A DNA stretch of 64,000 bases from Octopus vulgaris (lineage: Eukaryota), in NCBI GenBank assembly GCA_951406725.2, contig OX597821.1, forward strand, positions 27,094,001 through 27,158,000. Direction: 5' to 3'. Within the stretch, counting starts at the first letter, position 1. Every line of letters begins with the position of its first letter. The notes below the pieces were generated by a model, which saw only the letters and a program-made list of their open reading frames with translations, was not told the DNA's origin and did no database searches. This document shows, piece by piece, positions 27,253 to 41,802 of this stretch. A program made the position numbers and the translations under genes.

Positions 27253-29646
27253 ATATATATGGAGTAATTTTAGAATAGCTACGAATACATTCGTACTTAA
27301 GGATACATTACGTTTTTACAGCTTTATGTAACATGCCATATACCCTCAAGCAATTTTTGAGTCTCACTTATAAACTATTCCTGAAAGATTGGTTGATGAT
27401 ATATGACATGTGATAATGTGTCAATTTAATGAATCTTAAGAGACGGAACTTTTAGTAACTCTTTTGTAATTACGTAGATTAAATCACAGTAATCTCTCAA
27501 CGGATGGAGTAAATTTTTTCGTTGATCGTATCTATAATGGAACTGGTTAATATATATATTTACGTGTGTGTGTGTGTGTCTTTGTCTTTGCGCGTGTGCA
27601 TATGTATGTGTAGTTGCTAAGAAATATCTCTTATGATATTAATAGTGCCCAGGTTAACCTACAAAATAAAATGTACACACACACACATACACACACACAC
27701 ACATATGCATAGACGCATACACACATGCATGCATTTACATCCATGTGCATTCATGCATGTGTATATGGGGAAATGCTCACACTGATGTGTGTATCTGGAT
27801 GTGTATGTGAGGATGTGTTGCTGCGTGTAATTGCGTTTGTCTGTTGAGGATTTTAAATATGAATGAGTAAAACGGTTGAATATATTCTACTCAGTGGCAC
27901 TTTCAGAAGACTTGTGAATTGTATGAATAACCTGGCGCTAAATTGTGTGAATTACCAGTTAGCCAGTTACAATCATTGCAGAAGTATCTCTGAAATTGAT
28001 CATTTGGAATATTGTTTGTATCTTATTGAACTCTGGCACAGTTTGATGCTAAGTAAGCCATTCCATTCATAAGAATACTGATTTTAAGAAACTTAGTGAG
28101 ATAGTATAAAGTAATAACGAAGTCAATAACTTATGTTTTGAGAAATGAAAAACCTACTGAGTAACTCAATCTACAAATGCAAATAATGGATATCGTAATT
28201 TTCTTTGCACTTATAACATGTGGTACTTTATCTGATATTTATGTGTAGCAAAACTGAAGTACTTCTCTTTCTTCTAAACTTCTACTGTTGCAATCGTATT
28301 CACCAAAAAATTACTGACCAGTACTGACCTTATCTTAAATCAAATGGTCCCAGCTATCATTGTACCTCTCTGTCCTAGAATATGCTTGGTTCATGTTTTT
28401 AACAGTTTCAAATATAATATATTTGGTGGTGTAAACGTCCGACACCTAATAACTCATTTAATATTAAAATAGAATTTGAACCACATACAGTACTGTGAAC
28501 GAAAGATTTGAGCTAAAATATAGAGAACTTGTTTATAAAATATCGAGAACTTGTGTCAAGATAAAAGTGAAATAATTGTGACATTGATGCAATCAAGATA
28601 CGGAAGGGTTTCCATAACTTTGATAGCCTTCGTCACCGTCAGGATGGAGGCCTGCGTGTGACAAAGCATCTTTGATGTTTATATCACACTAGAAATTTTA
28701 TTTAGATAACATCCTATAGAATACTAAAGAAACTTGACATACCTTTTCAAAGATATTTAATTTATGATATTCTGAGGTACATTGAAATATTCTGTCACAA
28801 GATACATGCGAATTGACAATATATAAGATATATTTTTGTCAAAAGACTCTGAAAATAGACTTCAGAACCTACTTAGCATTTTTCGTTCTATTTTCAACAA
28901 GTGGTATTCGTATGATGCTGTGAACTACATTTTAAGAATTAGATGTAAGTATATAGAATACTAAATTCCTTGATGAACTTAATAGAATAGCGTTACTCCA
29001 AGCGTTAATTTATAATTTCATTCTTACAAAGGATTTGAATAAAATATATACTTTCCTACATTCGCGCACCCCTTGAATTGTTATGTATAATTCTATCTTA
29101 GGAAAAGTTGTTTTAGAATACTTAAAAACCACATTACATGATTTTGTATGAATCAGTTTATCTTGCTTGGCTGTCTAATCCCTGCTTTCTTTTAAATTGT
29201 ATAGACTGGGTTACGACCAATAAAAGATAGGAGAATCACCGATTAAAGTTAATTTTCTGAAATGCTACTAGTTAACAGCTTACTCTTGATATGTAAGCTT
29301 TCGTTATATTGCCATGTCAGAATACAACTACCTAGAAACTTTTGGAACTATTGTCACAGCCGCAGTGTGCACATACAAGGCTGCAGCTACAAAAATATGT
29401 ATACGTGGAAACACAAATATTTATAGAAATGTACATAGCCATACAAAAACACACTCACTCACACTCGCACACACAAACACACACACACGCAAACACACAC
29501 ATACATATGCACACCCAGATTCATTCATATATAAGAACAAACATATAATATTTTGTACAGACACCAAATACTTGTATGTTTCCCTCACCTTCTCTCTACA
29601 TATACATAAACATACAGTCTCTATATATGCATATACTTATACATAT

Positions 29647-29697
<51 letters not shown>

Positions 29698-30410
29698 TAT
29701 GCACACACATATACACACTTATATATAAATATATATATATCTATATATATATATATCCTCACTTATAGACAAAAACTTAAATTTATTCTATGAATATACA
29801 TATTTATAAATACATGTATGTGTGCGCGCGTGGATGTGTGCACGCATTTATGTTCGTATGGATGTATATATGTATGAATGTCTGTATATAAATATATATA
29901 TATATATATATATGTGTGTGTATGTATGTGTGTGTGTCTGTGAGTGTGTGTGTGTGTTTGTGGATGTATATTGTTGTTCTAACCAATATATCATTTCACA
30001 CTTTCTCAAGAGAAAGCTAGCGAGTATTCATTAAGAAAATTGCTAGATAAGATACTGTATGATTTATCGTAGTTTTCTTCATAGATTATCTATGTTTTGT
30101 TACAAACAGGCACTTTTGAATACTTGAGAACTCAACAGCCAGAACGGACAGCCATCGAAACACACAAGTAGTCTCTTTGTTGCAGGTTTAAGAAATACAT
30201 GATATTAAAGTTAGATGAACAAAGAAAGCATCATCAATTATTTATAACGCATCTTGACATTTATGGAGTCAATGGAATATACAAAATATGTTGACAACAC
30301 GCCTACAGACTTTAAATTACGTCTCTTTGTGTACATAGCACGGTTTTTATTTCCTCTTTCTTTCCTTCTTATCTGACGCAATATATGTGCACACACATAC
30401 ATACATATGT

Positions 30411-30448
<38 letters not shown>

Positions 30449-30604
30449 GTGTGTGTGTGTGTATACATATAAACGTTATACACTACACACACAAATATGT
30501 TATATATACACATAATATACATATTATATTTTCATCTATCTATCTGTCTATCTGTCTATCTATATATACACATACACATGTATATATATACATATATACA
30601 CTTG

Positions 30605-30643
<39 letters not shown>

Positions 30644-30793
30644 TTGTATATATATACGTGTGTATATGTGTGTGTATGTACACACTCACACACACATATG
30701 GAGAGTCATTATTGTGTGTTTGTATTCCTGGTTTTGACACTGACTAAAATCCAAATGTGTTGGAATGTCGATAGGTACGATGAATGGAACAGG

Positions 30794-30829
<36 letters not shown>

Positions 30830-32287
30830 GAATTAAATCGCCACTTCAGCTCCTAGTAGATGAATATAATTTAGTACATGTTTTCTGTACTGTTTATCAC
30901 TGTCGTTTGTACATTCAAACACATATATCATTTATGGATATATTATTAATACATTTTCAGGTATCTGACACAGGAATAACTACGCATTTAAAACAGTCGA
31001 TTGGTCACGACCATTTTCTATATTTGAGAACCAATGCATAGGGCATTGTAGAAGTGATTACTAGCATAATCATAAATTATTATTGAGAATACGTAGAGAG
31101 AAAACGTGCTGTTGTCTATATTAATAATAACAATGACATTGTTGTATACAAAGCTCAGGTGCACGCGTGTATGTGTGCTTGTGTCAGACAAGTGGGTTCG
31201 TAAAACACAGACGCATATATACATACATCCATACATGCACAGACATGCTCACACACATGCATACGCGCACACACATACACACACATCTCATTCACACACA
31301 CGCATGTACTCGTGTCCAGCCATGTATATAGCAGTGCCAAGACACAAGTATCCGAGAAAGATGGCGGTAGCGGTGTCTTACTAATTGTCCGTTATAGTTA
31401 GAGAAACATACCTACTAATATCTATGTATATACGAGTAATACCAATACAGACACCGGGTTAGAATTTAATGTTGAGCTGGTGGAGAAGAACAACTGGCAA
31501 CATCGACAGTAGAACCTGACTCTTACGTTGCCCTTACTAAATCTCTATTAATTTATTCAGGTAATCATAGCGGAGTTTTGATATTATTTAGTATTTCTGT
31601 GGGTAATAAAGAACGTATTCCATCTGAGCCAAAATTGTCTGCTAAAGAAGCTCATACAAAATTTCATTCATCATATGCAACTCTCTAGATACAATGAAAG
31701 GGACATAATCGAGATGTACAATAGCGAAAAGAAGATGTTAGAAAGCATACAAAACGATAGACATGGAACTTGTCCAAGACATCGATACAAACATAGAAAG
31801 ATTAAGTAAGAAATTTATAAAGCAGAATCGTATATTAGTGACAAGTTCCAAGTGATAATGTTTATCGCTGCTACTTGTAGATGGGAATTAGCCTATACAT
31901 ATATCAGGGCATTTAGCGATGCGGAACTTAAGCCATATATGGTAATATATGTGTATGCTAACTCATTATTTCATTGAGATATGAGAAGTAAATAACAATG
32001 AAAGGGACAGCCGGTCAAATATAATTAAAATACAATCTATCGAAAAATAGCGACAGAAAGTGTCGTACTCGTCGACGGAAACAAGCAAATACTCATTAGC
32101 GTACACGGTTTGCTAACCACAAATGCCCTTCACACAGTCAGCATTAGTCATTTACACGCAAGCGAATTCCCTCCCTCCTTCCTCACTCCGTCCCTCACCT
32201 AAAGCCCATTCCTCATCCCTCCTCCAGCAAAACTCCACTCATACGCATATTTGCATATACATTCACAACATATACCTATATTATATA

Positions 32288-32338
<51 letters not shown>

Positions 32339-32353
32339 TTATATATATAATAT

Positions 32354-32470
<117 letters not shown>

Positions 32471-32471
32471 A

Positions 32472-32866
32472 GGCGCAGGTGTGGCTCTATGGTAAGAACC
32501 TTGCTTCCCAACCACATGGTTCAGAGTTCAGTCCCACTGTGTGACACTTTATGCAAGTGTCTTCTAGTGTAGCCACGCACCGACTATAGTATTGTAAGTA
32601 AAATGAAACCTGTCGTATTTGTTTATATATATACGTATATATGTGTGTGTATGTGTGGATCTTCATGTCTGTGTTTGCACCATCCCCAACAATATATCAC
32701 TTGACAAACGGTATTGGTTTGTTTACATTTCCATAACTTAGGAGTTCGACAAAACAAACCGATAGTATAAGTATTAGACTTAAATTCCTTCTGTTTGGCT
32801 GAAACTCATCAAAGTGGTGCTCCAGCATGACTTCAGTCAACTAACTGAAACAAGTACAAGAATAAA
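32472..32866 (+). mobile_element. Family A SINE, diverged (an extra 3' half follows at ~32940-33140)
   Basis: ggcgcaggtgtggctctatggtaag...gttcagtcccactg...ggtgctccagcatgacttcagtc. Confidence 0.75.
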
Positions 32867-33211
32867 GGAATACGTGTATGCGTGTGTGTATGTGTGTTGT
32901 GTGCGTATGTGTGTGCGTATGTGTGTCTATGAGTCTGAGTTTGTTTCCCATTACCGCTTGACAATTGGTTTTGATACAGTTACTTCCCTGTACATTAACG
33001 GTTCGACAAAAGAGAACGATAGAATAATTAGCGGGTTTTAAAAAATAAATATGTATTGGGGTCGATACATTCGGCTAAAAATTCTTCAAGATGGTGACCC
33101 AACCTCGCCGCAGTCTAATTACTGAAACAAGTAAGAGGTAAAAGCTACACGCATACATGCATGTATTCACATATGCAGACATATTTATATAAGTATTATG
33201 TGTTTATATAT

Positions 33212-33293
<82 letters not shown>

Positions 33294-33297
<4 letters not shown>

Positions 33298-33860
33298 GTT
33301 GTCTGGAAAGTTCCTGCCGAGTTTTAAAAGAAAGAAAAGAGGTCAATAAATGCTTCCCATTACATTTTTAATCAACCAGATATGAACCATTTTGTTGTAC
33401 AATGCGTCTCCATCTTTCCTTTAACTTGAAAATACCTGCTTCCCAGAATTGAGGTGGTTTCATGACAAAGAATTCATCAAGGTATTTTTTCACGTCATCC
33501 AAGGAATCGAAATGTTTACCATTAAGACTATTCTGGAGAGACCTCAATAAGTGGAAATCCGAAGGAGCAATATCCGGTAAATATGGAGGGTGGTGAAACA
33601 CATCCCAGCCGAGGTGTAGTAACTTTTGTCTGGTTCCCAAAGTATCAAGTGCCGAATATGAACTTTCTTATCTTGCATTTTAACGGGCTACAAAATTAAC
33701 ACAGGTTATAGGAACATAAATCTTCTTCCATGAAAAGATAGCTTAAACTGTACTCTAAATGGAGGTGTAGTCAAATCCTATTTTCTGGACTCAACGATGT
33801 TCTAAAATAAGTCGAAAGGTAAACTACTATAAATCGGCACGAACTTTCCGGACAACCCAA
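33294..33860 (-). mobile_element. Internally deleted mariner (DD34D-type) transposon in (TA)n
   Basis: TIRs TTGGGTTGTCTGGAAAGTTCCTGCCGA / TCGGCACGAACTTTCCGGACAACCCAA, TA flanks. Minus ORF 33368-33640 has HPPYLPDIAPSDFHLLRSLQ (YSPDLAPSD-like) ending NGSYLVD. Confidence 0.92.
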
Positions 33861-34145
33861 TATATATGTATGTGTATATATACACAAATATATATTCATA
33901 TGTATAAATACCTAAAACCATACTTATACAAATATATATAACTTTGGTGTGTAGGTATGTGCAAGGCTATAACTACAAACATATATTAAGATTATGAATG
34001 AGTGACTTTGATTTATTTGTACATTTGAAGTTTTTAGAGACGAGTATGAGTATCTCTAAGAATGTTTTCTCTCAGTGGAAAACTTACAAATAAAACACCT
34101 TAGTGGAGGCTAGACTTATTTAAGTACCATTATTATACTATGTGA

Positions 34146-34226
<81 letters not shown>

Positions 34227-34241
34227 TAATAATAATAATAA

Positions 34242-35261
34242 CTGTTCTCAGTATTTAAGGAAGCTGACAAATACAAACAAGAAATCATACCACCTAATAA
34301 ACATGAAGAAGAAGAAGAAGATGAAGAAACAACAAAAGCTATAAAACAAATGAAATCCAAACTAAAAATAGAACAGCAACGAACCATGATAAAACGATGG
34401 CAAGAAAAGCCCCTTCATGGTAAATACTGGACTAAACTAAACGCAAAAGAAATAGACAAAGAAAAATCCCAGCAATGGTTGAGAAGCTCAGGACTCAAAG
34501 CAGAAACAGAGGGATTTTTAATTGCAGCACAAGACCAAAGCCTCCCCACCAGAAATTACCAAAAACATGTAATGAAAAGAAATATTACAAGTAACTGCAG
34601 AATATGTGGAGATGGACAAGAAACAATAAATCATATTATCTCTAGCTGCCCAGTCCTGGCTAAGAAGGAATATATTCACAGACATGACAGAGTTGGAACC
34701 TACATACATTGGAAGCTATGCCAACATTATGGAATAACAACAGAAAAAGATGGTATAGGCACACACCAGAAAAGGTCACAGAAAACGAGAAAGCAACCAT
34801 ACTCTGGGATATACCGATACACACAGATAGAGAAATTAAGGCCAACAGACCAGATATAGTTGTCAGAGATCATGAAGAAAAAAAATGCTTTCTAATTGAT
34901 GTATCAATACCGGCAGATGACAACGTATCTCTAAAAGAAATGGAGAAACTCTCAAAATACAAAGACCTGGAAATAGAGGTAACTAGAATGTGGAATCTGA
35001 AAACAGAAACAATTCCTATCATAGTAGGTGCATTAGGCATGAAAAAAATATATTCAGACAAATACATAACAAAAACACAAGGACTTACAAACACATATAA
35101 CATACAGAAAATTGCACTACTAGGCACTGCACACATCCTACGCAGAACACTTTCCATACAATAACCATCAGAACATCACAACAAATCACAGCACATACCC
35201 AAGGCACACAGAGCTGCGCTCGGTAGTGAAGTGAAAGCACGCTATAAAAATAAATCTACTG
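34242..35261 (+). mobile_element. 5'-truncated R4/Dong-clade non-LTR retrotransposon (CCHC knuckle and restriction-like endonuclease), flanked by (TAA)n
   Basis: ETEGFLIAAQDQSL, CRICGDGQETINHIISSC, RHDRV, RPDIVV..LIDVSIP, KLSKYKDL, PIIVGALG. One frameshift in an A-run at ~34745, stop at 35164. (TAA)n at 34148-34241 and 35262-35284. Confidence 0.9.
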
Positions 35262-35356
35262 AATAATAATAATAATAATAATAAGACACACATATCCATA
35301 TATAAATTTAATATATAGTAATATATATATATATATGTATATGTTTATGTATATAT

Positions 35357-35403
<47 letters not shown>

Positions 35404-35409
35404 ATGTAT

Positions 35410-35460
<51 letters not shown>

Positions 35461-36142
35461 TATACACATATTTATTTATATATATTCTCTATCTATCTAT
35501 CTGTCTATCTATTTATCTATCTATCTATATATGCTTTCGATGCGAATGCTTTTTTTTATATGGTACCGTTTTTCACAATCCTGTAAATAATAATAATTGT
35601 ATTTTTATATAAGCTTAAAGCTTATAGTGATCACCGTGCAAATGACTAGGGAAAATAGTCTAATAAAGGAGCATATAAGCTCAAAGACAGGAAAAAAAGA
35701 AGGCTTTCGCTAAATACAGGAGTTTTCGTCAACTGACGTAAAGTAACAGATATGTACTATGAGCTATCAGTTTGGGCTCATAGTACATATCTAGTACATA
35801 TATTACATATCCCACTAAAACTCCAGTTTAAACTGCAACTGAAAGTCTTGTGTTGAGACTGCCTATCTCAGGCGGCTAGAAGGGGTTTTGCCTTGAGAAG
35901 GTAGGCATGCATCAAAGTAAAAATGAAAAAAGCAAAACGTTAGCATTACATTTAATATAGATATAGAATATAAATATAAGAGCCTTTTACAGCTGTTTGT
36001 AGAATAGCCAAGCATGCGGATCATCATATTGAGAAAGTATGCCGTAAGATGATTATCAGGTCATCAGGGAAGGTGGAGTCAGAAAGATGTAAAAAATAGG
36101 GAATATCTCCAGTCGCAGATAATAATATATTTTTGACACACG

Positions 36143-36216
<74 letters not shown>

Positions 36217-36404
36217 TATATTTATATATATATATTCTTTTCTACTCTAGGCACAAGGCCCGAAATTTTGGGGGAGGAGGCCTGTCGATTAGATCGGCCC
36301 CCACACGCAACTAATACTCAATTTATCGACCTTAACTTCCTGTATGATTCAGTACTGCATAAGACAACATCAGTCAGCCTGTCCCGAAATGCATAATATA
36401 ACAT

Positions 36405-36758
36405 GTGGAAGCACTCCATCGGTTACGACGATGAGGGTTCCGGTTGATCCGAATCAACGGAACAGCCTGCTCGTGAAATTAACGTGTAAGTGACTGAGCA
36501 CTCCACAGACACGTGTACCCTTAACGTAGTTCTCGGAGATATTCAGCGTGACACAGAGAGTGACAAGGCCGGCCCTTTGAAATACAGGTACAACAGAAAC
36601 AGGAAGTAAGAGTGAGAGAAAGTTGTCGTGAAAGAGTACAGCGTGGAGCTTTAGGTGTTTTCGCTCAATAAACACTCACAACGCCCGGTCTGGGAATCGA
36701 AACCGCGATCCAACGACCGCGAGTCCGCTGCCCTAATCACTGGGCCATTGCGCCTCCA
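36405..36758 (-). mobile_element. Family C tRNA-derived SINE
   Basis: Minus head tggaggcgcaatggcccagtgattagggcagcggactcgcggtc..ggtttcgattccc. Confidence 0.8.
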
Positions 36759-36939
36759 CAAAAACAATAACAGCTACAACAGCAATTGCTACTGCTAGTA
36801 GAAGAATAACAGCAGCCACAACAGCGCCCGAAGTAACAAGAACCTGAGATGTCCTGCTAAATAACTCATTATCCAGTCATCTTATCGCAATAAACTCATT
36901 ATCATCATCATCGACGTCTTCATTACTGCTGTCATAATC

Positions 36940-37167
36940 TTCCTCTTTTTCCTCCACTTCTTCTTCTTCTTCTCCTCCTCCTTCTTCTTCTTCTTCTTCT
37001 TCTTCTTCTTCTTCTTCTTCTTCTTCTTCTTCTTCTTCTTCTTCTTCTTCTTCTTCTTCTTCTTCTTCTTCTTCTTCTTCTTTTTCTTCTTCTTCTTCTT
37101 CTCTTCCTCCTCCTCTTTCTTCTTCTTCTTCTTCTTCCTCTTCCTCTTCTTCCTCTCCTTCCTCTTC

Positions 37168-37198
<31 letters not shown>

Positions 37199-37354
37199 TT
37201 CTTCTTCTTCCTCTCCTTCCTCCTCTTCTTCTTCTTCTTCGTCTTCTTCCTCTCATTGTTGTTGTTGTTGTTGTTCTTCTTCTTCTTCTTCTTCTTCTCC
37301 TCCTCTTCTTCTTCTTCTTCTTCTTCTTCTTCTTCTTCTTCTTCTTCTTCTTCT
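36940..37354 (+). repeat. (TTC)n/(TCC)n polypyrimidine tract, ~410 bp
   Basis: Direct reading. It explains the poly-E/K ORFs on the minus strand. Confidence 0.95.
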
Positions 37355-38398
37355 GCATTGAAGATTCGGTTGACGACCAGCCTCATCACTCCGCTTTCTT
37401 CGTTCAGACTAAAACACACGTTAACAACACTCATTTGGAAGCTGATGTAAAATTTCAGGAATTTTACCTCTATTCGCGCGGTCTGCTTTGGAAGAAGAAG
37501 GGGATGAATTTCCATGAATTTCCTACATAACTCATTTACCGTAGATACAAACATTTCATTCTCCAATGGATATTGTAAATAATGATTCGCGTATAACAGA
37601 ACCAGTTATTTAGGGTTGCGTGGACCACTCCAAGCACCACTACTGCGTTTAAAAGAGTAATTTTGCATGAATATTTCTCTGATCTTTCTGCTCAACGCAA
37701 GACTAACCATTAGCAAACGTTTCCAAATATTGGAGAATTCCAGTTGTGACCATCGCATTGTCTATCTTTCCCTTTCATGTGTAGAATATATAAGTTTACA
37801 ATCTCCAGTGTATCTTTTGAGTTATATTGTAGAGTAAGATTTAAAGGAGATTTAATGATTCTTTTATGTCCTTAAAATTTTGAGTTTTCACGAGGAAGCG
37901 TTCTTTTCTGTCTCGTGGATTATTTTGTGCTGGTAGCATTAAATTCGGAAAGTAAGTAATAATAATTATCTCTACTAAGCTGCATTATTCTGTAAGCAGC
38001 TTTGATACTTTGATGACTGTCGTGCTATATAATTTGATGCAGTATAAATTGTGTAATATAAAGACACATTTTATAATGTCAAAGATTAGAGAAGATTAGG
38101 AAAGTAGCGAATTTCACGTTGTTAATGGGAATACAATGACGAAATATAAGTCAATTTCTTTGTAGAATAAAACAGTTGAACATAAATCTTGTTGTTGGAG
38201 AAATTACATTTTGTGTGTAATTAAGTAAAAGATTTAAAATTGTGTGTAATATTACACGTATATAAGTCTACATTAACGATGTATCTCAAAGCAAATTCAG
38301 ATATAAATAATAGCATAGGTTAAAAGCCCGTCGAATAAAATAAAAAGGCAGAAATCAACCCAAGAAAAGCGAACTACGCAGCTTCTGAGATACTAAAT

Positions 38399-38629
38399 AT
38401 ACCTATTTCTTTACTACCCACAAGGGTCTAAACACAGAGAGGACAAATACAGACAAACGGATTAAGTCGATTACATCGACCCCAGTGCGTAACTGGTACT
38501 TAATTTATCGACCCCGAAAGGATGAAAGGCAAAGTTGACCTCGGCGGAATTTGAACTCAGAACGTAACGGCAGACGAAATACCGCTTAGCATTTTGCCCG
38601 GAGTGCTAACGATTCTGCCAACTCGCCTT
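38399..38629 (-). mobile_element. Family B SINE
   Basis: cgaccccagtgcgtaactggtacttaatttatcgaccccgaaaggatgaaaggcaaagttgacctcggcggaatttgaactcagaacg matches 2725-3426. Confidence 0.82.
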
Positions 38630-39839
38630 GACAAACAAATCTCGCCTTGATATACTAGATATACCATGGATCGAGTTTACAAAACATTGTACTTGTAATC
38701 CAATATATTATTGATAATTCTTCCATCGACTTTTGACGCTGACTTAGGGACTGCCAAAAATAACAGATAAAAACGAGAAATGAATAAAGACGATATAAGA
38801 TGAGAGAAATGAACGTGTAATGGTGATAAGTGAAACAATGTCACCAATTTCACTGCACCAGAACAGGAGATGCACCCGTACAGAAGACTAGAGGGACATA
38901 ACTATTCACGACAATACTGTTCTTACAGCTCCCAAACCATGAAATTGGCCCCAGAGTTTTCAGCCACCTACGAGCGATAGAATTCAAATCTGATTGGGCA
39001 GTTCTTCAACAAATCGTGTAATCCTGCGATAGGAGGTTAAAAACTGTGTCTGTTCCCAATTATTTTATACTCTCCGTAATTCAGAGACTACGTAAATGGA
39101 ATTATTTCATTTTTGCATATGTGCGGATTATCCAAGCCACTGCAGCAAGATAAGACATAGAAAAGCGTGCATATCAGACTCACTCTCTCGTTTATTCATA
39201 ATATGCCCAGTAGCAAGAAAGAGAGAAATGAAAACTGAACTTGTATAAGAATGCAAGATATTGTCAAAGTGGCTGAAGTGCTCTGGAGTCTAAGCAGTAA
39301 CGTCAAACCTGGGGTGTGTGTGCATCCAGAAAATGAAACATGATTCCAAGTTACACTGTATGATGGGATGTTGTTACTTTCCAGTTGGTGCCTTCTGCTA
39401 CCAATTTCGAAGCCGCAGGTATGAAAGTTATATGTTTTAGCGACGCATATTTGAATGAAGTAGAAACATATCTCTAAATGTAGACATAGATATTTAATGT
39501 TCTTATATACATATTAATGGATGGCCACATATTCCTTTGATTTGCCTTGATTTATATTCTACAAGATGACCAAAATCCCTATTTCCACACAAAATTTGGA
39601 GTATTTCCAGATTTGTTGGCGACCACGAAAGTGTTGTATTGAGTTCCATTTTCCTGCAGCGATCTCAAGTGACCTGCTAATGATCTACCATAAGCTTTTA
39701 TTTATTACTGTGTTTGCTTAGACACATCCTTTATAATGACACCGTTATATGATTCCTATGTGGTTTCTAATTGCCGAGTGAAGAATATGTGTCTATTTGT
39801 GCGTACGCATACACACAAATATATACATATATACATACA

Positions 39840-39882
<43 letters not shown>

Positions 39883-40023
39883 AACTTATAAACAAGGACA
39901 AAAGAAAGAAATTTCTAATGCCAAATATGCCGAAAATAGACACTTCGTCAATAACTATATAATTTATCACTATAAGTACTCGTCTCGAAGGAAGCCGACA
40001 GAAATTTCTAAAAACATCCGTTA

Positions 40024-40084
40024 TTACCATATCGGACCCGATTTCAGAGTTAATTCATAAGAACCTTCTCTTCATCAGTGGTAA
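40024..40084 (-). ncRNA. Intact type I hammerhead ribozyme within a (TA)n-flanked pLTR-like fragment (39878-40130)
   Basis: Minus strand ttacca-CTGATGA-agag..ctct-GAAA-tcgg gt ccga-TA-tggtaa. All three stems pair and the core is canonical. Confidence 0.8.
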
Positions 40085-40190
40085 ATGCGGCAAAGGAATA
40101 AATGAAATACTTACTTATACCCATGGAAGATATATATATATAAACATATATATATGTATGTATAAGCATGAATGCCTGTGTGTGTATGTG

Positions 40191-40221
<31 letters not shown>

Positions 40222-40439
40222 TTGAGAGAATACATGTGCGTGTTCTGCATTTTATTTTCACGCATCATTACTCTCTAAATTCCGGGAAAATTATTGAAAA
40301 TTCTGACTTTTCACCTGCAAATCCAATAAAATTTTTTAAAAGAAAATTCTGGAAAGAATTCATTCACTCTAGGTTAGAAAATGGTGAGTTTGTAAATATT
40401 ATGCCCGAAAATCTAAGTCTTTGATTCATTTTGTGACTG

Positions 40440-40551
40440 TATGGTAAGAAAGTTGCTTCTTAATCGCATATTTTCTGGTATAGGCTCCGGCCGAGTAAAG
40501 TCTTGTGAGTGGATTTAGTAGAACGAAACTGAAAGAAGCCCGTCATATATG

Positions 40552-40639
<88 letters not shown>

Positions 40640-40640
40640 A

Positions 40641-40679
<39 letters not shown>

Positions 40680-40915
40680 TCTATCCATCTATCTATGTGT
40701 TTGCGTCTGTGTGTCGTTATGTTTGTGTTGTCCCCCACTACCACTGCTGGACAACCGGTGCTGGTGTACTAACGCCTACGCACCTTGGCAAAAGAGACGT
40801 GTATAATAAGTACCAGGATTTAAAAAGTATCAATACTGGAGTCTATAAGCTCGACTAAATATTATTCAAGCCTGTGCCACACCATGACCACCATATAATG
40901 ACTAAAACAAGTAAA
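40440..40915 (+). mobile_element. Degraded family A SINE with internal (TATC)n
   Basis: ttgtgagtggatttagtagaacgaaactgaaagaagcccgtc...gacaaccggtgctggtgt...atgactaaaacaagtaaa. Confidence 0.65.
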
Positions 40916-40962
40916 CGCATGTATACTTCTTGCATTTTCCTCCACATCATCGAAAACGTTAC

Positions 40963-41382
40963 GGATCTTTTCGGTTTGAACGGCAGTTTTTTTCTAGCGG
41001 TGTCATATGAAATTGTCACCCATAATTATGACCCTAGTAATAATCTATTGCATTTCAATTTGTTTTAGGGTAGGGTTAGGGTTGGGGTGGGGAGAAGGTT
41101 ATCTTTTTTTCTTCATAAATGTAAATAAACCCAATCTGTTTCTTAAACGAGGGACATATTCATACGGCACAGAATGTTTTTACTTCAATAGACGTATTTG
41201 ATTGGTTGAAATTGCAGAAATTGAAGAAAAAAACAACAAATATCTTACAAACTATAGAATTTTCTCAATAAAGCCAAGAGTAAAAGATGTTTAATAAACA
41301 CATTCTATCAGTATACGAAGTTTAACATTTTTTAGTTACCTAGAAATTATGCTAAAAACTGCCGTTCAAACCGAAAAGATCC
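40963..41382. mobile_element. MITE with ~29-bp perfect TIRs and 8-bp TSD (GG..CC ends; Merlin/MULE/hAT-type, unresolved)
   Basis: GGATCTTTTCGGTTTGAACGGCAGTTTTT / AAAAACTGCCGTTCAAACCGAAAAGATCC. TSD AACGTTAC at 40955-40962 and 41383-41390. Confidence 0.9.
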
Positions 41383-41770
41383 AACGTTACCTATATGGAA
41401 TAACTAATGTAAGAAAGCATTAATGGGAAATGGCAGGTAAATTATTGCGGCAGCTGAATAGAAAGACATTTGCTAGATATCGAAAGAATATCTCACGTAG
41501 TCAACACATTTTCAAAATTGGCGTGTCTCGTGCTCTTGTGTAAACTGCGAGAGAATGAATGAATACTTTGAACTTTTCTTTGGCAAATGCAAATACCTGA
41601 TTTATAGATGATTAAAAAAAAATAACAGTCAAAACAAGACATACGTATTACTTAAATAATGTATGAAATATTTAAAACTACGTTTTATACCTTCATTAAA
41701 ATTTTCGATATGTATTATTATTATTTTAATCGTCTAATATTTGCTTGCAGCATATCTTCCTTCCATACAG

Positions 41771-41802
<32 letters not shown>

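Noticed and set aside
36877-37566. 229-aa poly-E/K ORF on the minus strand
   Set aside because: Product of the (TTC)n tract. No recognisable domain or splice support.
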